41,988 nucleotides of DNA from Gammaproteobacteria bacterium (GCA_041564355.1 JBFGQE010000001.1:1-41988), one strand, 5' to 3'; positions 17,259 through 27,478 are shown, numbered from the stretch's first letter. Numbers and translations are program-made. Notes: generated by a model not told the origin, from the sequence alone.

Positions 17259-18042
17259 CGCGATATACAAAGGCTATTTGCGCCACCGTCGCTATCAGCC
17301 GACGGCGCATCGATTCTGTTACCGCGTGTTCATGATGTACCTGGATCTGGACGAACTGGAAAGCGTGCTGCAGACCTCGCGCTGGTGGTCGCGAAAGTCG
17401 TGGCGGCCGGCGCGCTTTGTGCGCGAGGATTTTCTTGGTGATCCCCGATTGCCGCTGGCCGATGCGGTTCGAAAACGGATTTTCGAGGAGACCGGGCGTG
17501 AGCACCGCGGGCCGGTTCGACTGCTCGCAAACCTGAGATACTTCGGCTACAGCATCAACCCGATCAGTGTTTATTACTGTTTCGACGACGCGGAGAAGCT
17601 GCAGTTTATCGTCAGCGAAGTGACCAATACGCCCTGGGGAGAGCGCCAGAGCTACGTCCTCGAATGTGATCCGGAACGGGCAACTCAGCGTATCGGATTT
17701 CAGAAATTGATGCACGTATCGCCTTTCAACCCGATGAACATGAATTACCAGTGGCGCTGTAACTGCCCGGGGAAGGTTCTCAGCCTGAACCTGGATGCCG
17801 AGATCGAGGGCGAGACGCACGTGGATGCGACGTTGGCATTGAAGCGCCACGAGATCGACGCGCAAAGCATGGCCGGCGTATTGCTGCAATATCCCTGGAT
17901 GACGGCGAAAGTCGCGTTCACAATCTACTGGCAGGCGTTGAAGATATGGGTCAAGAGAAACCCGTTCTACGACCATCCCCGGTTCGGCAAACAGGCGCCG
18001 CTGGAACAATCGACCATTACCAGACTGAAGACAAAAGCATGA
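17251..18042 (+). CDS. DUF1365 family protein
   Basis: The ATG at 17251 overlaps the upstream stop (ATGCATAG). The N-terminus MHSAIYKGYLRHRRYQPTAHRFCYRVFMMYLDLDEL is the typical DUF1365 opening. Its stop overlaps the next start (ATGA). Confidence 0.85.
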   Translation: MHSAIYKGYLRHRRYQPTAHRFCYRVFMMYLDLDELESVLQTSRWWSRKSWRPARFVREDFLGDPRLPLADAVRKRIFEETGREHRGPVRLLANLRYFGYSINPISVYYCFDDAEKLQFIVSEVTNTPWGERQSYVLECDPERATQRIGFQKLMHVSPFNPMNMNYQWRCNCPGKVLSLNLDAEIEGETHVDATLALKRHEIDAQSMAGVLLQYPWMTAKVAFTIYWQALKIWVKRNPFYDHPRFGKQAPLEQSTITRLKTKA

Positions 18043-19295
18043 GTTACGTAAATCATTCCGCGGTCGCTACCGCGTCCAAGCCGGGGCTCGTCGAGAGCTT
18101 TGCCAAACAGCAATTACTCAAGCGCCTGCGGGAAATGCCGCGCGGCCAGCTGGTGATCGAGGACGGTGGCGAAAGGCACGTTTTCGGCAAGCCCGACAGC
18201 GATTTGCCGATCCGCGCCAAGATGGTCTTTCTCGACAGCAGCGCCTACAAGGATATCGCGTTCGGCGGATCGATCGGCGGCGCCGAGGCGTATATGCTGG
18301 GCAAGTGGACGACGCCCAACCTGCTCGACCTGACCCGATTGATGTCGGGCAATATCGATTTTCTCAACCAGATGGACGATGATAAGCCGCTGGTGCACCG
18401 TGCCGCGGACAAGGTATTTCACTGGTTCAATCGCAACACGCAGAAGAAGGCGCGGCAAAACATTTCTCATCACTACGATCTGAGCAACGAATTCTTCGAG
18501 CTGTTCCTCGACCCGGAAATGATGTATTCGGCTGCGATCTTCCCGCGCGCGGACGCGGACCTCGACGAGGCCGCGGTGCACAAGCTGGACGTGATTTGTC
18601 AGAAGCTCGAGCTGAGGCCCGACGAGCACCTGCTCGAAATCGGCACCGGCTGGGGTGGTCTCGCGATTCACGCGGCAAGGCACTACGGTTGCCGCGTCAC
18701 GACCACGACGATTTCACGTGAGCAATACGCGGCCGCGGTAGAGCGCGTGCGCAAGGCCGGCCTGGAAGGGCGGGTTACCGTGCTGTTCGAAGATTATCGC
18801 AACCTGCGGGGTCGTTTCGATAAGCTGGTCTCGGTGGAAAAGATCGAGGCCGTCGGCCACCAGTACTACCCCCAGTACTTTGCAGGCTGCGCGTCATTGC
18901 TCAAGGAAAACGGGCTGATGTTGTTGCAGGCGATTACGATCCCTGACCAGCGCTACCAGTACGCGCAAAAATCAGTCGATTTTATCCAACGCTATATCTT
19001 CCCGGGCGGATCGCTGCCCAGTCACGAGGCGATTATCACTTCGGTGAAAAAGAACACCGATATGCTGATGGTCGGCATGTAGGAAATCGGCATGGATTAT
19101 GCGAAAACGCTGGACTGCTGGCGACAGCGGTTCGTGAGCCGGCTCGATCAGGTGCGCGCGCTCGGTTTCGACGACTACTTCATCCGCATGTGGAACTACT
19201 ACCTGTGTTATTGCCAGGGCGGTTTCGAAGAACGGATTATCGGTACCTCGCAAATTCTGCTGGCGAAACCCGGCTGGCGCCCGGCCCGGCCCTAG
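18039..19295 (+). pseudogene. cyclopropane-fatty-acyl-phospholipid synthase family gene (long form) interrupted by one in-frame TAG at 19080-19082
   Basis: Codons 1-347 (18039..19079) include SAM motif I (LLEIGTGWGGLAIHAA). After the TAG the same frame continues EIGMDYAKTLDCWRQRF...YFIRMWNYYLCYCQGGFEERIIG to the stop at 19293-19295. That is the normal C-terminus of this family. The ORF track therefore shows two pieces, 17946..19082 and 19092..19295, both in frame 0. Confidence 0.8.
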
Positions 19296-21463
19296 CGCGG
19301 CGGCAGGCCCGTGTGCTGGGTCAGCATCCGGCCTTTCTTCAGTCTCGATTTCTGCTTCGCCGAACTATTCTTGCGGCGCGGGCTCTTGTAGGCGTCGGTA
19401 TTGCGCGGTTGGTGGGCAGGAACGAGCTGGCGCTTGCCGTTACCGATCAGGTCCTCGCGCCCCATGCGCCTGAGCGCGTCGCGCAGCAGCGGCCAGTTGG
19501 CGGGATCGTGGTAGCGCAAGAATGCCTTGTGCAGCCGGCGCTGCTTCTCGCCCTTTGCGGTCGTTACTTCCTCGCTCTCGCGACGCACTCGCCGCAGCGG
19601 ATTTTTGCCGCTGTGGTACATGGCGGTCGCGGTCGCCATCGGCGACGGATAAAAATTTTGCACCTGGTCGGCGCGAAATCCGTTGCGCTTCAACCATAGC
19701 GCGAGGTTCATCATGTCTTCATCGGTGGTGCCCGGGTGCGCGGCGATGAAATACGGGATCAGGTACTGCTCCTTGCCCGCCTTGCGCGAATACTTTTCAA
19801 ACAGTGCCTTGAAACGGTCATAACTGCCCATGCCCGGTTTCATCATCTTCGACAGCGGGCCCCGCTCGGTATGCTCCGGAGCGATCTTGAGGTAGCCACC
19901 GACATGATGGCTGACCAGCTCCTCGACGTAGGCCGGCGATTCGACGGCCAGGTCGTAGCGCAGGCCGGAACTGATCAGAACCTTCTTTACCCCATCGACC
20001 TCGCGCGCGGCGCGATACAGCTCGACCAGTGACGAATGATCGGTGTTCAGGTTTTCGCAGATTCCGGGATACACGCAGGACGGCCGACGGCAGGCGGTTT
20101 CGATCGCCTTCGATCTGCAGGCAAGCCGGTACATGTTCGCGGTCGGTCCGCCGAGATCCGAAATCACGCCGGTAAATCCCGGCACGCGGTCGCGAATTTG
20201 TTCGATCTCGCGCAAAATCGACTCGCGCGAGCGATTCTGGATGATGCGGCCCTCGTGCTCGGTGATCGAGCAAAACGTACAGCCGCCGAAGCAACCGCGC
20301 ATGATGTTCACCGAAAAGCGGATCATTTCGTAGGCCGGTATGCGCGCTCCGCGGTAAGCCGGATGCGGCACGCGCGCGTAATCGAGGCCGAACACGTAAT
20401 CCATTTCTTCGGTCGACAGCGGGATCGGCGGCGGGTTGAACCAGACCTTGCGCCCACCCTGGTTTTGCACCAGCGCGCGTGCGTTGCCGGGGTTCGTCTC
20501 CAGGTGAAGCACGCGGCTGGCGTGAGCGTAAAGCACCGGATCGCGGCTGACGTCGTTGAACGACGGTAACCGCACCACGGTATGCAGGCGCTGTTCGAGC
20601 TTGTGCAACACGGTCGCGAGCTTGCCGTCGAGCCGCGGTTCGGGCTCCGGCGCGCGATCGCTGTCAGGGCTCGCGTCGCAAACCGTTTCGTCGATGACCT
20701 GGTACGGGTTCAGCGTCTGCTCCACTCGACCCGGCTTGTCGACGTTGGTCGAATCGATGACACGCCAATCGGTCGGCAGATCGTCGACGAAGAACGCGCT
20801 GCCGCGCAGGTCGGTGATCGTGTCGATCGCGTCGCCGCGCGCGAGACGATGCGCAATTTCGACGATGGCGCGCTCGGCGTTGCCGTAGAGCAGCAGGTCG
20901 GCCTTGGCGTCGGCGAGAATCGAGTGACGCACCTTGTCCTGCCAGTAATCGTAATGCGCGATGCGGCGCAACGACGCCTCGATGCCGCCGATCACGATCG
21001 GCGTATCGCGGTAAGCCTCGCGGCAGCGCTGGGCGTAAACGATCGAGCATCGATCCGGGCGCCTGCCGCCGATATCGTCGGGCGAGTAAGCGTCGTCGTT
21101 GCGAATCTTGCGATCCGCGGTATAGCGGTTGATCATCGAATCCATATTGCCCGCGGTCACGCCGAAAAACAGGTTGGGCTGGCCGAGCTCGCGAAACGCA
21201 TCGGCCGAGTGCCAGTCCGGTTGCGCGATGATGCCGACCCGAAATCCCTGCGCCTCGAGCAGGCGCCCGATCACGGCCATACCGAAACTGGGATGGTCGA
21301 CATAGGCGTCGCCGGTGACGATGATCACGTCGCAGGAATCCCAGCCGAGCTGGTCCATCTCCGCGCGTGACATCGGCAGATACGGGGCCGTGCCAAAACA
21401 CTCTGCCCAGTACTGCGGGTACTGGTTCAGGGGGCGGGCGCTGGAGGAAAGTTCGATTTGCAT
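19292..21463 (-). CDS. ygiQ: YgiQ family radical SAM protein (UPF0313)
   Basis: 723-aa ORF. It has the YgiQ-type N-terminus ([27 protein letters not shown]), the radical-SAM cluster CFGGCTFC (C-x3-C-x2-C) and a basic C-terminal tail. Confidence 0.88.
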   Translation of the reverse strand: MQIELSSSARPLNQYPQYWAECFGTAPYLPMSRAEMDQLGWDSCDVIIVTGDAYVDHPSFGMAVIGRLLEAQGFRVGIIAQPDWHSADAFRELGQPNLFFGVTAGNMDSMINRYTADRKIRNDDAYSPDDIGGRRPDRCSIVYAQRCREAYRDTPIVIGGIEASLRRIAHYDYWQDKVRHSILADAKADLLLYGNAERAIVEIAHRLARGDAIDTITDLRGSAFFVDDLPTDWRVIDSTNVDKPGRVEQTLNPYQVIDETVCDASPDSDRAPEPEPRLDGKLATVLHKLEQRLHTVVRLPSFNDVSRDPVLYAHASRVLHLETNPGNARALVQNQGGRKVWFNPPPIPLSTEEMDYVFGLDYARVPHPAYRGARIPAYEMIRFSVNIMRGCFGGCTFCSITEHEGRIIQNRSRESILREIEQIRDRVPGFTGVISDLGGPTANMYRLACRSKAIETACRRPSCVYPGICENLNTDHSSLVELYRAAREVDGVKKVLISSGLRYDLAVESPAYVEELVSHHVGGYLKIAPEHTERGPLSKMMKPGMGSYDRFKALFEKYSRKAGKEQYLIPYFIAAHPGTTDEDMMNLALWLKRNGFRADQVQNFYPSPMATATAMYHSGKNPLRRVRRESEEVTTAKGEKQRRLHKAFLRYHDPANWPLLRDALRRMGREDLIGNGKRQLVPAHQPRNTDAYKSPRRKNSSAKQKSRLKKGRMLTQHTGLPPR

Positions 21464-21529
21464 GGGGCGATCCGGAGCTGGGGGCGCGATTCTACCTGAA
21501 AAACCGGCCGGTTTCAGGCAAATCGGGCG

Positions 21530-22927
21530 TCAGCGCGGCGATCTGGATCGCGCGCTCGCCCACAGGTCGAGGCGATCGCGCAGGCGGTAATACGCAAGCC
21601 CCGCGCGCACGTACTGCCGGCGCAGGAAGGCAAGCGGAAAGCGCGGTGAGCGCCCGCGCATGATCGCGGGTAGCTGCGGCGGCAGCAGTTCTCGCTCGCC
21701 GGGCAGGGCGGCGAGCCAGCGCGCGAGCTCGCGCCCGGTCCAGGTCGCGGTGCTGACGCCGGTGCCGTGGTAGCCGTAGCCGAAATAAACCGACGGATCT
21801 TCGCGCATGCGTCCGATCGACGGCCGCAGGCCGAGACCGAAGCAAACCAGCCCGCGCCATTGGTGGGTGAACCCGAGGTCGGCGAACTGCGGCCACAGGC
21901 GCGCGATTTCGCGTTTCATGAAGGCGAAGGTTTTCTCGGCGCCGGCCGGAGCGCCGACCGTGTCGCCGCGCGCGCCGAGCATCAGACGCCCGTCGCTGAG
22001 CACGCGGTAGTAGTAATAAATGTGCTTGCTGTTGACGATCGGGTTTTCGCTAAACCAGTGGCGCCGGCGCAGCTCGTCGGCGCTCATCGGCTCGGTCACG
22101 ACGATTGCGCTTTGCACCGGCAGGGGACGTTCGGCAATGCCGCGATGCAGGTATTCGGGCATGAAACCGTTGCCGGTCAAGATAACCTGGCGCGCGCGCA
22201 GGCTGCCGTTCTCAGTCTCGAGATGGTGTGCGCCGTCTTGCTTGCGCCAGTGCAGCACGCGACTGTGCGGGTGGATGGTCGCGCCACGACGCTCCGCGGC
22301 GAGCGCCAGACCGCGCGCGTAGCGCAGCGGGTGCAGGCCGAAGGTGGGCCTGATGCGCATCGCGCCGTAGCGGTGCAGCGGCGAGTCGTAACCGATTTCG
22401 CGAAACTCGTCCGCGGTGAACATTTCGATATCGAAGCCGAACAGCGCGCGGCGGAACTCGGCGTCGGCTTCGAGCGCGGCGAAATGGCGCGGATTTTCGG
22501 CGACGATGAATTCGCCATCGCCCTGCGGCAGGAAATCGATTTGCTCGGATTCGCCGAGTTCGCGCACGAGTTCTACCGCGGCGGCGGTGCAGCGATGAAA
22601 ATGTTTCGTTTGCTCGATGCCGTAACGTCGAATCTGGGTTTTCAGCGACAGCTTGGTCGAGCCCATCGAGCAAAAGCCGCCGTTGCGCCCGGACGCCCCC
22701 CAGCCGATGTGGCCGGCTTCGAGCACGCGTACGTCGATGCCGAAATCGCGCGCCAGGTGCAGCGCCGCCGACAGGCCGGTATAGCCGCCACCGATGATTG
22801 CGACGTCGCAGCTCTGCTTGCCCGCGAGCGGTTCGCCGGCCAGCGGGATATCGCCCGCGGTTGCTTCCCAATAGGAAGGCTGGGGCTGGTCGAACTGGTA
22901 CAGGCTGGAATGAAACAATGTTTGCAT
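21530..22927 (-). CDS. FAD-dependent oxidoreductase, DAO family (gamma-glutamylputrescine oxidase-like)
   Basis: 465-aa ORF with the N-terminal block PSYWEAT...CDVAIIGGGYTGLSAALHLA, typical of PuuB/OrdL-like flavoproteins. Confidence 0.8.
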   Translation of the reverse strand: MQTLFHSSLYQFDQPQPSYWEATAGDIPLAGEPLAGKQSCDVAIIGGGYTGLSAALHLARDFGIDVRVLEAGHIGWGASGRNGGFCSMGSTKLSLKTQIRRYGIEQTKHFHRCTAAAVELVRELGESEQIDFLPQGDGEFIVAENPRHFAALEADAEFRRALFGFDIEMFTADEFREIGYDSPLHRYGAMRIRPTFGLHPLRYARGLALAAERRGATIHPHSRVLHWRKQDGAHHLETENGSLRARQVILTGNGFMPEYLHRGIAERPLPVQSAIVVTEPMSADELRRRHWFSENPIVNSKHIYYYYRVLSDGRLMLGARGDTVGAPAGAEKTFAFMKREIARLWPQFADLGFTHQWRGLVCFGLGLRPSIGRMREDPSVYFGYGYHGTGVSTATWTGRELARWLAALPGERELLPPQLPAIMRGRSPRFPLAFLRRQYVRAGLAYYRLRDRLDLWASARSRSPR

Positions 22928-23096
22928 AGGCTGGAAATCGAGGTTGAACCGGGTAGTCGCGATGCTGGCCGCGGTGCGCGTTCGCAGTATAGAGTCAGTT
23001 CGCAGTCGTGGAAAGCGGCGCCGGACCCAATAATTTCAGGCGCAACTTCGGCGAGTGCGCAGCGCAGGACGCCGGCCAACTGATCCAACCCGGCAG

Positions 23097-23708
23097 CTAA
23101 TCCAGTTTCCGGTCGTCGGCCGGCTCCTCGACGGCCGCGCGCTGCTCGCGTATTTCACGGGTGCGGTACATCCGCTCGATAAATCGCTCCCAGCGGCGCT
23201 CGATCTTGCGCCGCACCAGCCACGGAAATCGATTGGGCCAGTCGACCACGACCGTGTCGCCAAGGCCATCGATCACGACCAGGCGGCCCTCGCTGAACGA
23301 GCGTCGCTGGAACAGCAGCGCGCCGATGGTCAGGTCGTGATTGAAAATAATCAGGTGTTCGAGCAGCGCCTGCTTCAATTCGATCAGGTATGACTCGAAT
23401 TCCTCGATGGGTATTCCGTCGGCCAGCAAGGCGTTGAGCTGCCGCGATATCTGCCCGTCGTAATCGCGTATCAGGTCGACCACGATACCGCGACCGAGGT
23501 TGGTGTCGCACTGGCCGTAATAACGCGGTAACGGCGCGCCGTCCGGGAAGCCCCGGCGCTGCAGGCGCTCGTAAAACGCGATTTCGCGGCGCGTCTGTTT
23601 GCTGATCTCGCCGGTGGGGATCTTGATCGCCCTGGTCGGGTCTTCCGGATGCACGTAGCAAGCGCGCTCCCTGCCCTGGCCAATCGGTGCCGAGTTGATT
23701 TGCAACAT
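23097..23708 (-). CDS. yrbL: YrbL family protein (PhoP regulatory network protein; kinase-like fold)
   Basis: 203-aa ORF. The N-terminus (PIGQGRERACYVHPEDPTRAIKI ... REIAFYERL ... LPRYYG) closely parallels E. coli YrbL as I remember it (GTGRHRKCYAHPEDAQRCIKI ... IPRYHG). It starts 6 nt after the hutG stop. Confidence 0.8.
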   Translation of the reverse strand: MLQINSAPIGQGRERACYVHPEDPTRAIKIPTGEISKQTRREIAFYERLQRRGFPDGAPLPRYYGQCDTNLGRGIVVDLIRDYDGQISRQLNALLADGIPIEEFESYLIELKQALLEHLIIFNHDLTIGALLFQRRSFSEGRLVVIDGLGDTVVVDWPNRFPWLVRRKIERRWERFIERMYRTREIREQRAAVEEPADDRKLD

Positions 23709-23714
23709 CGTGGT

Positions 23715-24497
23715 TTAGTCGAAAACTTTCGCCAGTGAATCGAGAATGCGGCGCAGAATAACACGAAGCGCCTCGGCCCTGTCCCCGGCGTAGTGCCAGG
23801 GCGCCTGTTCGAGCATGTAATTGCACTGCGCGAGTTCCATCTGGATCGCGTGTATATCCTGCTCCGGCTGACCATAATGGCGCGTGGTCCAGCCGCCCTT
23901 GAAACGCCCGTCGACCACATAGCGGTAGGCGTCCGCCGAGGCGCAGACCTGTTCCACCGCGTTTACGGCGGCGGGTGCGCAGCTCGCGCCGCTGTGACTG
24001 CCGATATTGAAGTCGGGTAGCTGACCCGAGAACAGGAAGGGAATACGCGAGCGAATCGAATGGCAGTCGTAGAGTATCGCGTAGCCGTGGCGCTGCGAGA
24101 TCCGCTCGAGTTGCTTGCGAATCGCGTCGTGGTAAGGGCGGTGGTAACGTTTCCGGCGATCGGCGACTTCATCGGCCGACGGCTCCTGACCGTCGAGATA
24201 GATCGCGCTGCCGTCGAAAGTCGTCGTCGGGCACAGGCTGGTCGTGTTTTGTCCCGGGTATAGCGAATGGTCGGCGGGATCGCGATTCGCGTCGATCACG
24301 TAGCGATGAATCGGAGTACTGATCACGGTCGCATCGTCGCGCAGGCCGTCGTAAAGGCGCGTGATATGCCAGTCGGTATCGGCCATGGCCTGTCCCAGCG
24401 GATTCAGCCGGGCGAATATTTTTTTCGGGATCTCGGTACCGCCGTGCGGCTGCGCCAGCAGCAGCGGGCCCTTGCCGACTTTTACTTTCGGTTTCAT
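23715..24497 (-). CDS. hutG: N-formylglutamate amidohydrolase
   Basis: 260-aa product starting [24 protein letters not shown]. Its ATG (24497) overlaps the hutH stop (ATGA). The longer 433-aa ORF in the track is an Arg/Pro-rich 5' extension lying inside hutH. Confidence 0.85.
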   Translation of the reverse strand: MKPKVKVGKGPLLLAQPHGGTEIPKKIFARLNPLGQAMADTDWHITRLYDGLRDDATVISTPIHRYVIDANRDPADHSLYPGQNTTSLCPTTTFDGSAIYLDGQEPSADEVADRRKRYHRPYHDAIRKQLERISQRHGYAILYDCHSIRSRIPFLFSGQLPDFNIGSHSGASCAPAAVNAVEQVCASADAYRYVVDGRFKGGWTTRHYGQPEQDIHAIQMELAQCNYMLEQAPWHYAGDRAEALRVILRRILDSLAKVFD

Positions 24498-26041
24498 CCG
24501 GCCAGTCGGGGTAACAGGTCTTCCGCGTCGAGCGCGTCCAGGATATCGCGCTCCGCGACCAGCCGGGTGACGGCGGCGATATCGTCGGCAAGATAGCGGT
24601 CTTCGTCCAGGCGCGGTACCTCGCGGCGCACGCGCTGCATTACGCGGATCAGTTGCGGACTGGTCTCGATCGGTGCGCGGAACTCGACGCCCTGGATGCC
24701 AATCAGTAATTCGATCGCGATAATGCCGGCCAGGTTGCGGTTCATGTCGAGCAGTCGACGCGCGGCGTGGCAGGCCATCGACACGTGATCTTCCTGGTTC
24801 GCGCTGGTCGGCGTCGAATCCACCGAGCAGGGCATCGCGCGCTGCTTGTTCTCCGCCATCAGCGCAGCCGAGGTCACCTCGGCAATCATGAATCCGGAAT
24901 TGAGCCCCGGGTCGGGCGAGAGAAACGCGGGCAAGCCGAAATTTTGCGCCGGGTCGACCGTGACCGCAATGCGTCTTTCGCTGATCGAGCCGATCTCGGC
25001 GATCGCCAGCGCGCACTGGTCGGCGGCGAACGCAACCGCTTCGGCATGGAAGTTTCCGCCCGACAGGATCGAGCCGTCCTCGACCACGACAATCGGGTTG
25101 TCGGTGACCGCGTTCGCCTCGATTTCGAGCGTGCGCGCGACCTGGCGAAACTGGTCGAGGCAGGCGCCGATAACCTGCGGTTGGCAGCGAATGCTGTAAG
25201 GATCCTGTACGCGTTCGTCGCCTTCACGGTGCGACTCCCGAATCGCCGAACCTTCGAGCAGGCCGCGCAGGCAATGCGCGGCATCGATCTGACCCGGCAG
25301 GCCGCGCAGCGCGTGTATCTCGGCGCGAAACGGAGCGGTCGAATCCATCAGCGCGTCGGTCGCCAGAGCGCCCGAAACCAGCGCGGTTTGCGCCAGATTC
25401 CAGCTGTCGAACAACGCGGCGAGCGCCAGCGCGGTCGATACCTGGGTGCCGTTGATCAGTCCGAGTCCCTCCTTCGGCCCGAGCTGCAGCGGTTGCAGCC
25501 GCGCGCGCCGCAGCGCGTCGGCCGCGGGCAGGCGTTCACCTTCGAAATCGATATAACCCTCGCCGATCAGCGCCGCCGCGAGGTGCGCCAACGGGGCCAG
25601 ATCACCGGATGCACCGACCGAGCCCTGGGACGGCAAGACCGGGACCAGGTCCAGTTCGAGAAAGCTCTCGAGACGCTTGATCACGTCCCAGCGCACGCCC
25701 GACGCGCCACGTCCGAGTGACAGGATTTTCAGCGCGATGACGAGGCGCACGATGGACCGGTCCAGCGCGTCGCCGACGCCGCAACAGTGCGATAGCACGA
25801 GGTTGCGCTGTAATTGCGTGGTCTGCTCGGCCGGGATGCGCTGGTTCGCCAGTTTGCCGAAGCCGGTATTGATACCGTACACGGCGGCCTTGCCGGTGGC
25901 GGCGCGGGCGACGATTTCCGCCGCCGCGTCGACATGCGGCTTGCAGGCACCGTCGATTTGCACGCTGAGGTGCTCGCGGTAGATCCGGCGCAGGTCATCG
26001 AGACCGGTATTGCCGGGGCTGAGCGATAATGCCCGCGTCAT
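24494..26041 (-). CDS. hutH: histidine ammonia-lyase
   Basis: 515-aa ORF with the MIO-forming motif [14 protein letters not shown]. Its start overlaps the hutF stop (ATGA). Confidence 0.93.
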   Translation of the reverse strand: MTRALSLSPGNTGLDDLRRIYREHLSVQIDGACKPHVDAAAEIVARAATGKAAVYGINTGFGKLANQRIPAEQTTQLQRNLVLSHCCGVGDALDRSIVRLVIALKILSLGRGASGVRWDVIKRLESFLELDLVPVLPSQGSVGASGDLAPLAHLAAALIGEGYIDFEGERLPAADALRRARLQPLQLGPKEGLGLINGTQVSTALALAALFDSWNLAQTALVSGALATDALMDSTAPFRAEIHALRGLPGQIDAAHCLRGLLEGSAIRESHREGDERVQDPYSIRCQPQVIGACLDQFRQVARTLEIEANAVTDNPIVVVEDGSILSGGNFHAEAVAFAADQCALAIAEIGSISERRIAVTVDPAQNFGLPAFLSPDPGLNSGFMIAEVTSAALMAENKQRAMPCSVDSTPTSANQEDHVSMACHAARRLLDMNRNLAGIIAIELLIGIQGVEFRAPIETSPQLIRVMQRVRREVPRLDEDRYLADDIAAVTRLVAERDILDALDAEDLLPRLAG

Positions 26042-27429
26042 GGCGCGCCCTCTCGTTTTGCCAGGCGGTCGAGCGTATCGCGGTATTCGCGCGCGATTCG
26101 CTCCTCGTCGGCGTGATGCCCGTTATCGATCACCTTTTTACCACCGATGTAGACATCGCGCACGAGCCTTTCATTGCCGGAAAAAATCCAGCTGTCGACG
26201 AGATCGTCACCCTGGCGGCGGTAAAGACGCGGATGGGTGTCGTCGAGAACCATAAAATCGGCGCGGTAACCCGGTTCGATGCGTCCGCTGTTGCGCCCGC
26301 AGGCGAGCGCGCCGCCGGCCAGCGCGCCGTCGAGCAGGCGTCGCCCGGTATTCGGGGTCGCCGCGGAGGCGAGCAGATTACGTCGCCGCTGGCGCAGGCG
26401 CATAGCGTATTCCAGCCAGCGCAGTTCCTCGACCGGGTCGATCGAGATGTGGCTGTCCGAACCGATCGCCCAGGCGCCGTCGGCCGCGATATATTCAGGC
26501 GCGTTGAACAGCCCGTCGCCGAGATTGGCCTCGGTGGTCGGGCAAAGCCCGGCGACACAGCCGGTTTGCGCCATGCGCAGGGTTTCGGCCGCGTCCATGT
26601 GGGTCGCGTGGATCAGGCACCAGCGTGAATCGACGGCGAAGTGATCGAGCAACCAGGCCACCGGGCGCTGGCCGCTCCAGGCGAGGCACTCGTCGACCTC
26701 ACGGGTTTGCTCGGCAATATGAATATGCACCGCGGCGAGATTGTCGAGCGACGCCATCACTTCACCCAGCAGCGATTCATCGACCGCGCGCAGCGAATGC
26801 GGCGCAATGCCGACCGAAGCGTTTGCATCGTCGCGCAGTGCGGACTGGAGCGTGTTGACGATTTCGCAAAAGCCGTCGGCATCGTTGAGAAAGCGTTTTT
26901 GCCCATCGACCGGGTCGGCGCCGCCGAACCCGCCGTAACGGTACAGCACCGGCAGGGCGGTAAAGCCGATACCGGTCACACGCGCGGCCTCGGCGCACTG
27001 CAGGGTCATCTCGGCGCGGTTCGCGTAGGGCTTGCCGTCGACATCGTGATGCAGGTACTGGAACTCGCCGACGCAGGCATAACCGGCTTTCAGCATCTCG
27101 ACGTAAAGCTGCGCCGCGATGTGACGCAGGTCGTCGGGCCGAATGCGCTCGAGGTAGTAATACATGATCTTGCGCCAGGTCCAGAAGCTGTCCGTGGCCG
27201 CCTCGCCGCTCGACCCGGCGCGTTCACCCAGACCGGACATCGCGCGCTGGTGGGCATGCGAGTGGACGTTGGGCATCGCCGGCAGCAGGATTGAGGCGCG
27301 TTCGCCGTCCCGGTAGGGCGTATCGGTGGCGATGGATTCAATGTTGCCAGTCGCGTCGACACCTATTTCGACCGAATCGTGCCAGCCGTCGGCGAGCAGC
27401 GCCGCCTTTGCCCAAAGCCTGTTGTGCAT
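26038..27429 (-). CDS. hutF: formimidoylglutamate deiminase
   Basis: 463-aa amidohydrolase-superfamily ORF ([10 protein letters not shown] metal-binding HxH). It heads the minus-strand hut operon. HutF plus HutG implies the five-step, Pseudomonas-type pathway. Confidence 0.85.
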   Translation of the reverse strand: MHNRLWAKAALLADGWHDSVEIGVDATGNIESIATDTPYRDGERASILLPAMPNVHSHAHQRAMSGLGERAGSSGEAATDSFWTWRKIMYYYLERIRPDDLRHIAAQLYVEMLKAGYACVGEFQYLHHDVDGKPYANRAEMTLQCAEAARVTGIGFTALPVLYRYGGFGGADPVDGQKRFLNDADGFCEIVNTLQSALRDDANASVGIAPHSLRAVDESLLGEVMASLDNLAAVHIHIAEQTREVDECLAWSGQRPVAWLLDHFAVDSRWCLIHATHMDAAETLRMAQTGCVAGLCPTTEANLGDGLFNAPEYIAADGAWAIGSDSHISIDPVEELRWLEYAMRLRQRRRNLLASAATPNTGRRLLDGALAGGALACGRNSGRIEPGYRADFMVLDDTHPRLYRRQGDDLVDSWIFSGNERLVRDVYIGGKKVIDNGHHADEERIAREYRDTLDRLAKREGAP

Positions 27430-27478
27430 ACCCGTGTTCCGTGTATCGCTATTGCGTTTATAGCAAAATCAGCGTAGC

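Noticed and set aside
19092-19295. 67-aa ORF as an independent small gene
   Set aside because: It is in the same frame as the upstream CFA-synthase-like ORF, separated by one TAG and three codons. It encodes that family's C-terminal block, so I treat it as part of an interrupted gene.
21767-23083. 438-aa ORF antisense to the DAO-type FAD oxidoreductase (similar shadows lie opposite mmsA, ygiQ, hutH, hutF, hutU, spoT and the cfa genes)
   Set aside because: Same reasoning: no motifs, biased composition, and the opposite strand carries a recognisable protein.
24498-25016. 5' extensions of ORF-track entries: the hutG ORF extended to 25016, 12509..13204 ahead of DUF1295, 35204..35644 ahead of ridA, and 13923..14006, 14539..14748, 17182..17250, 17946..18038
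   Set aside because: The extensions overlap the upstream gene in another frame and are Arg/Pro/Gly-rich. Internal starts give canonical N-termini, signal peptides, or ATGA-type coupling to the upstream stop.
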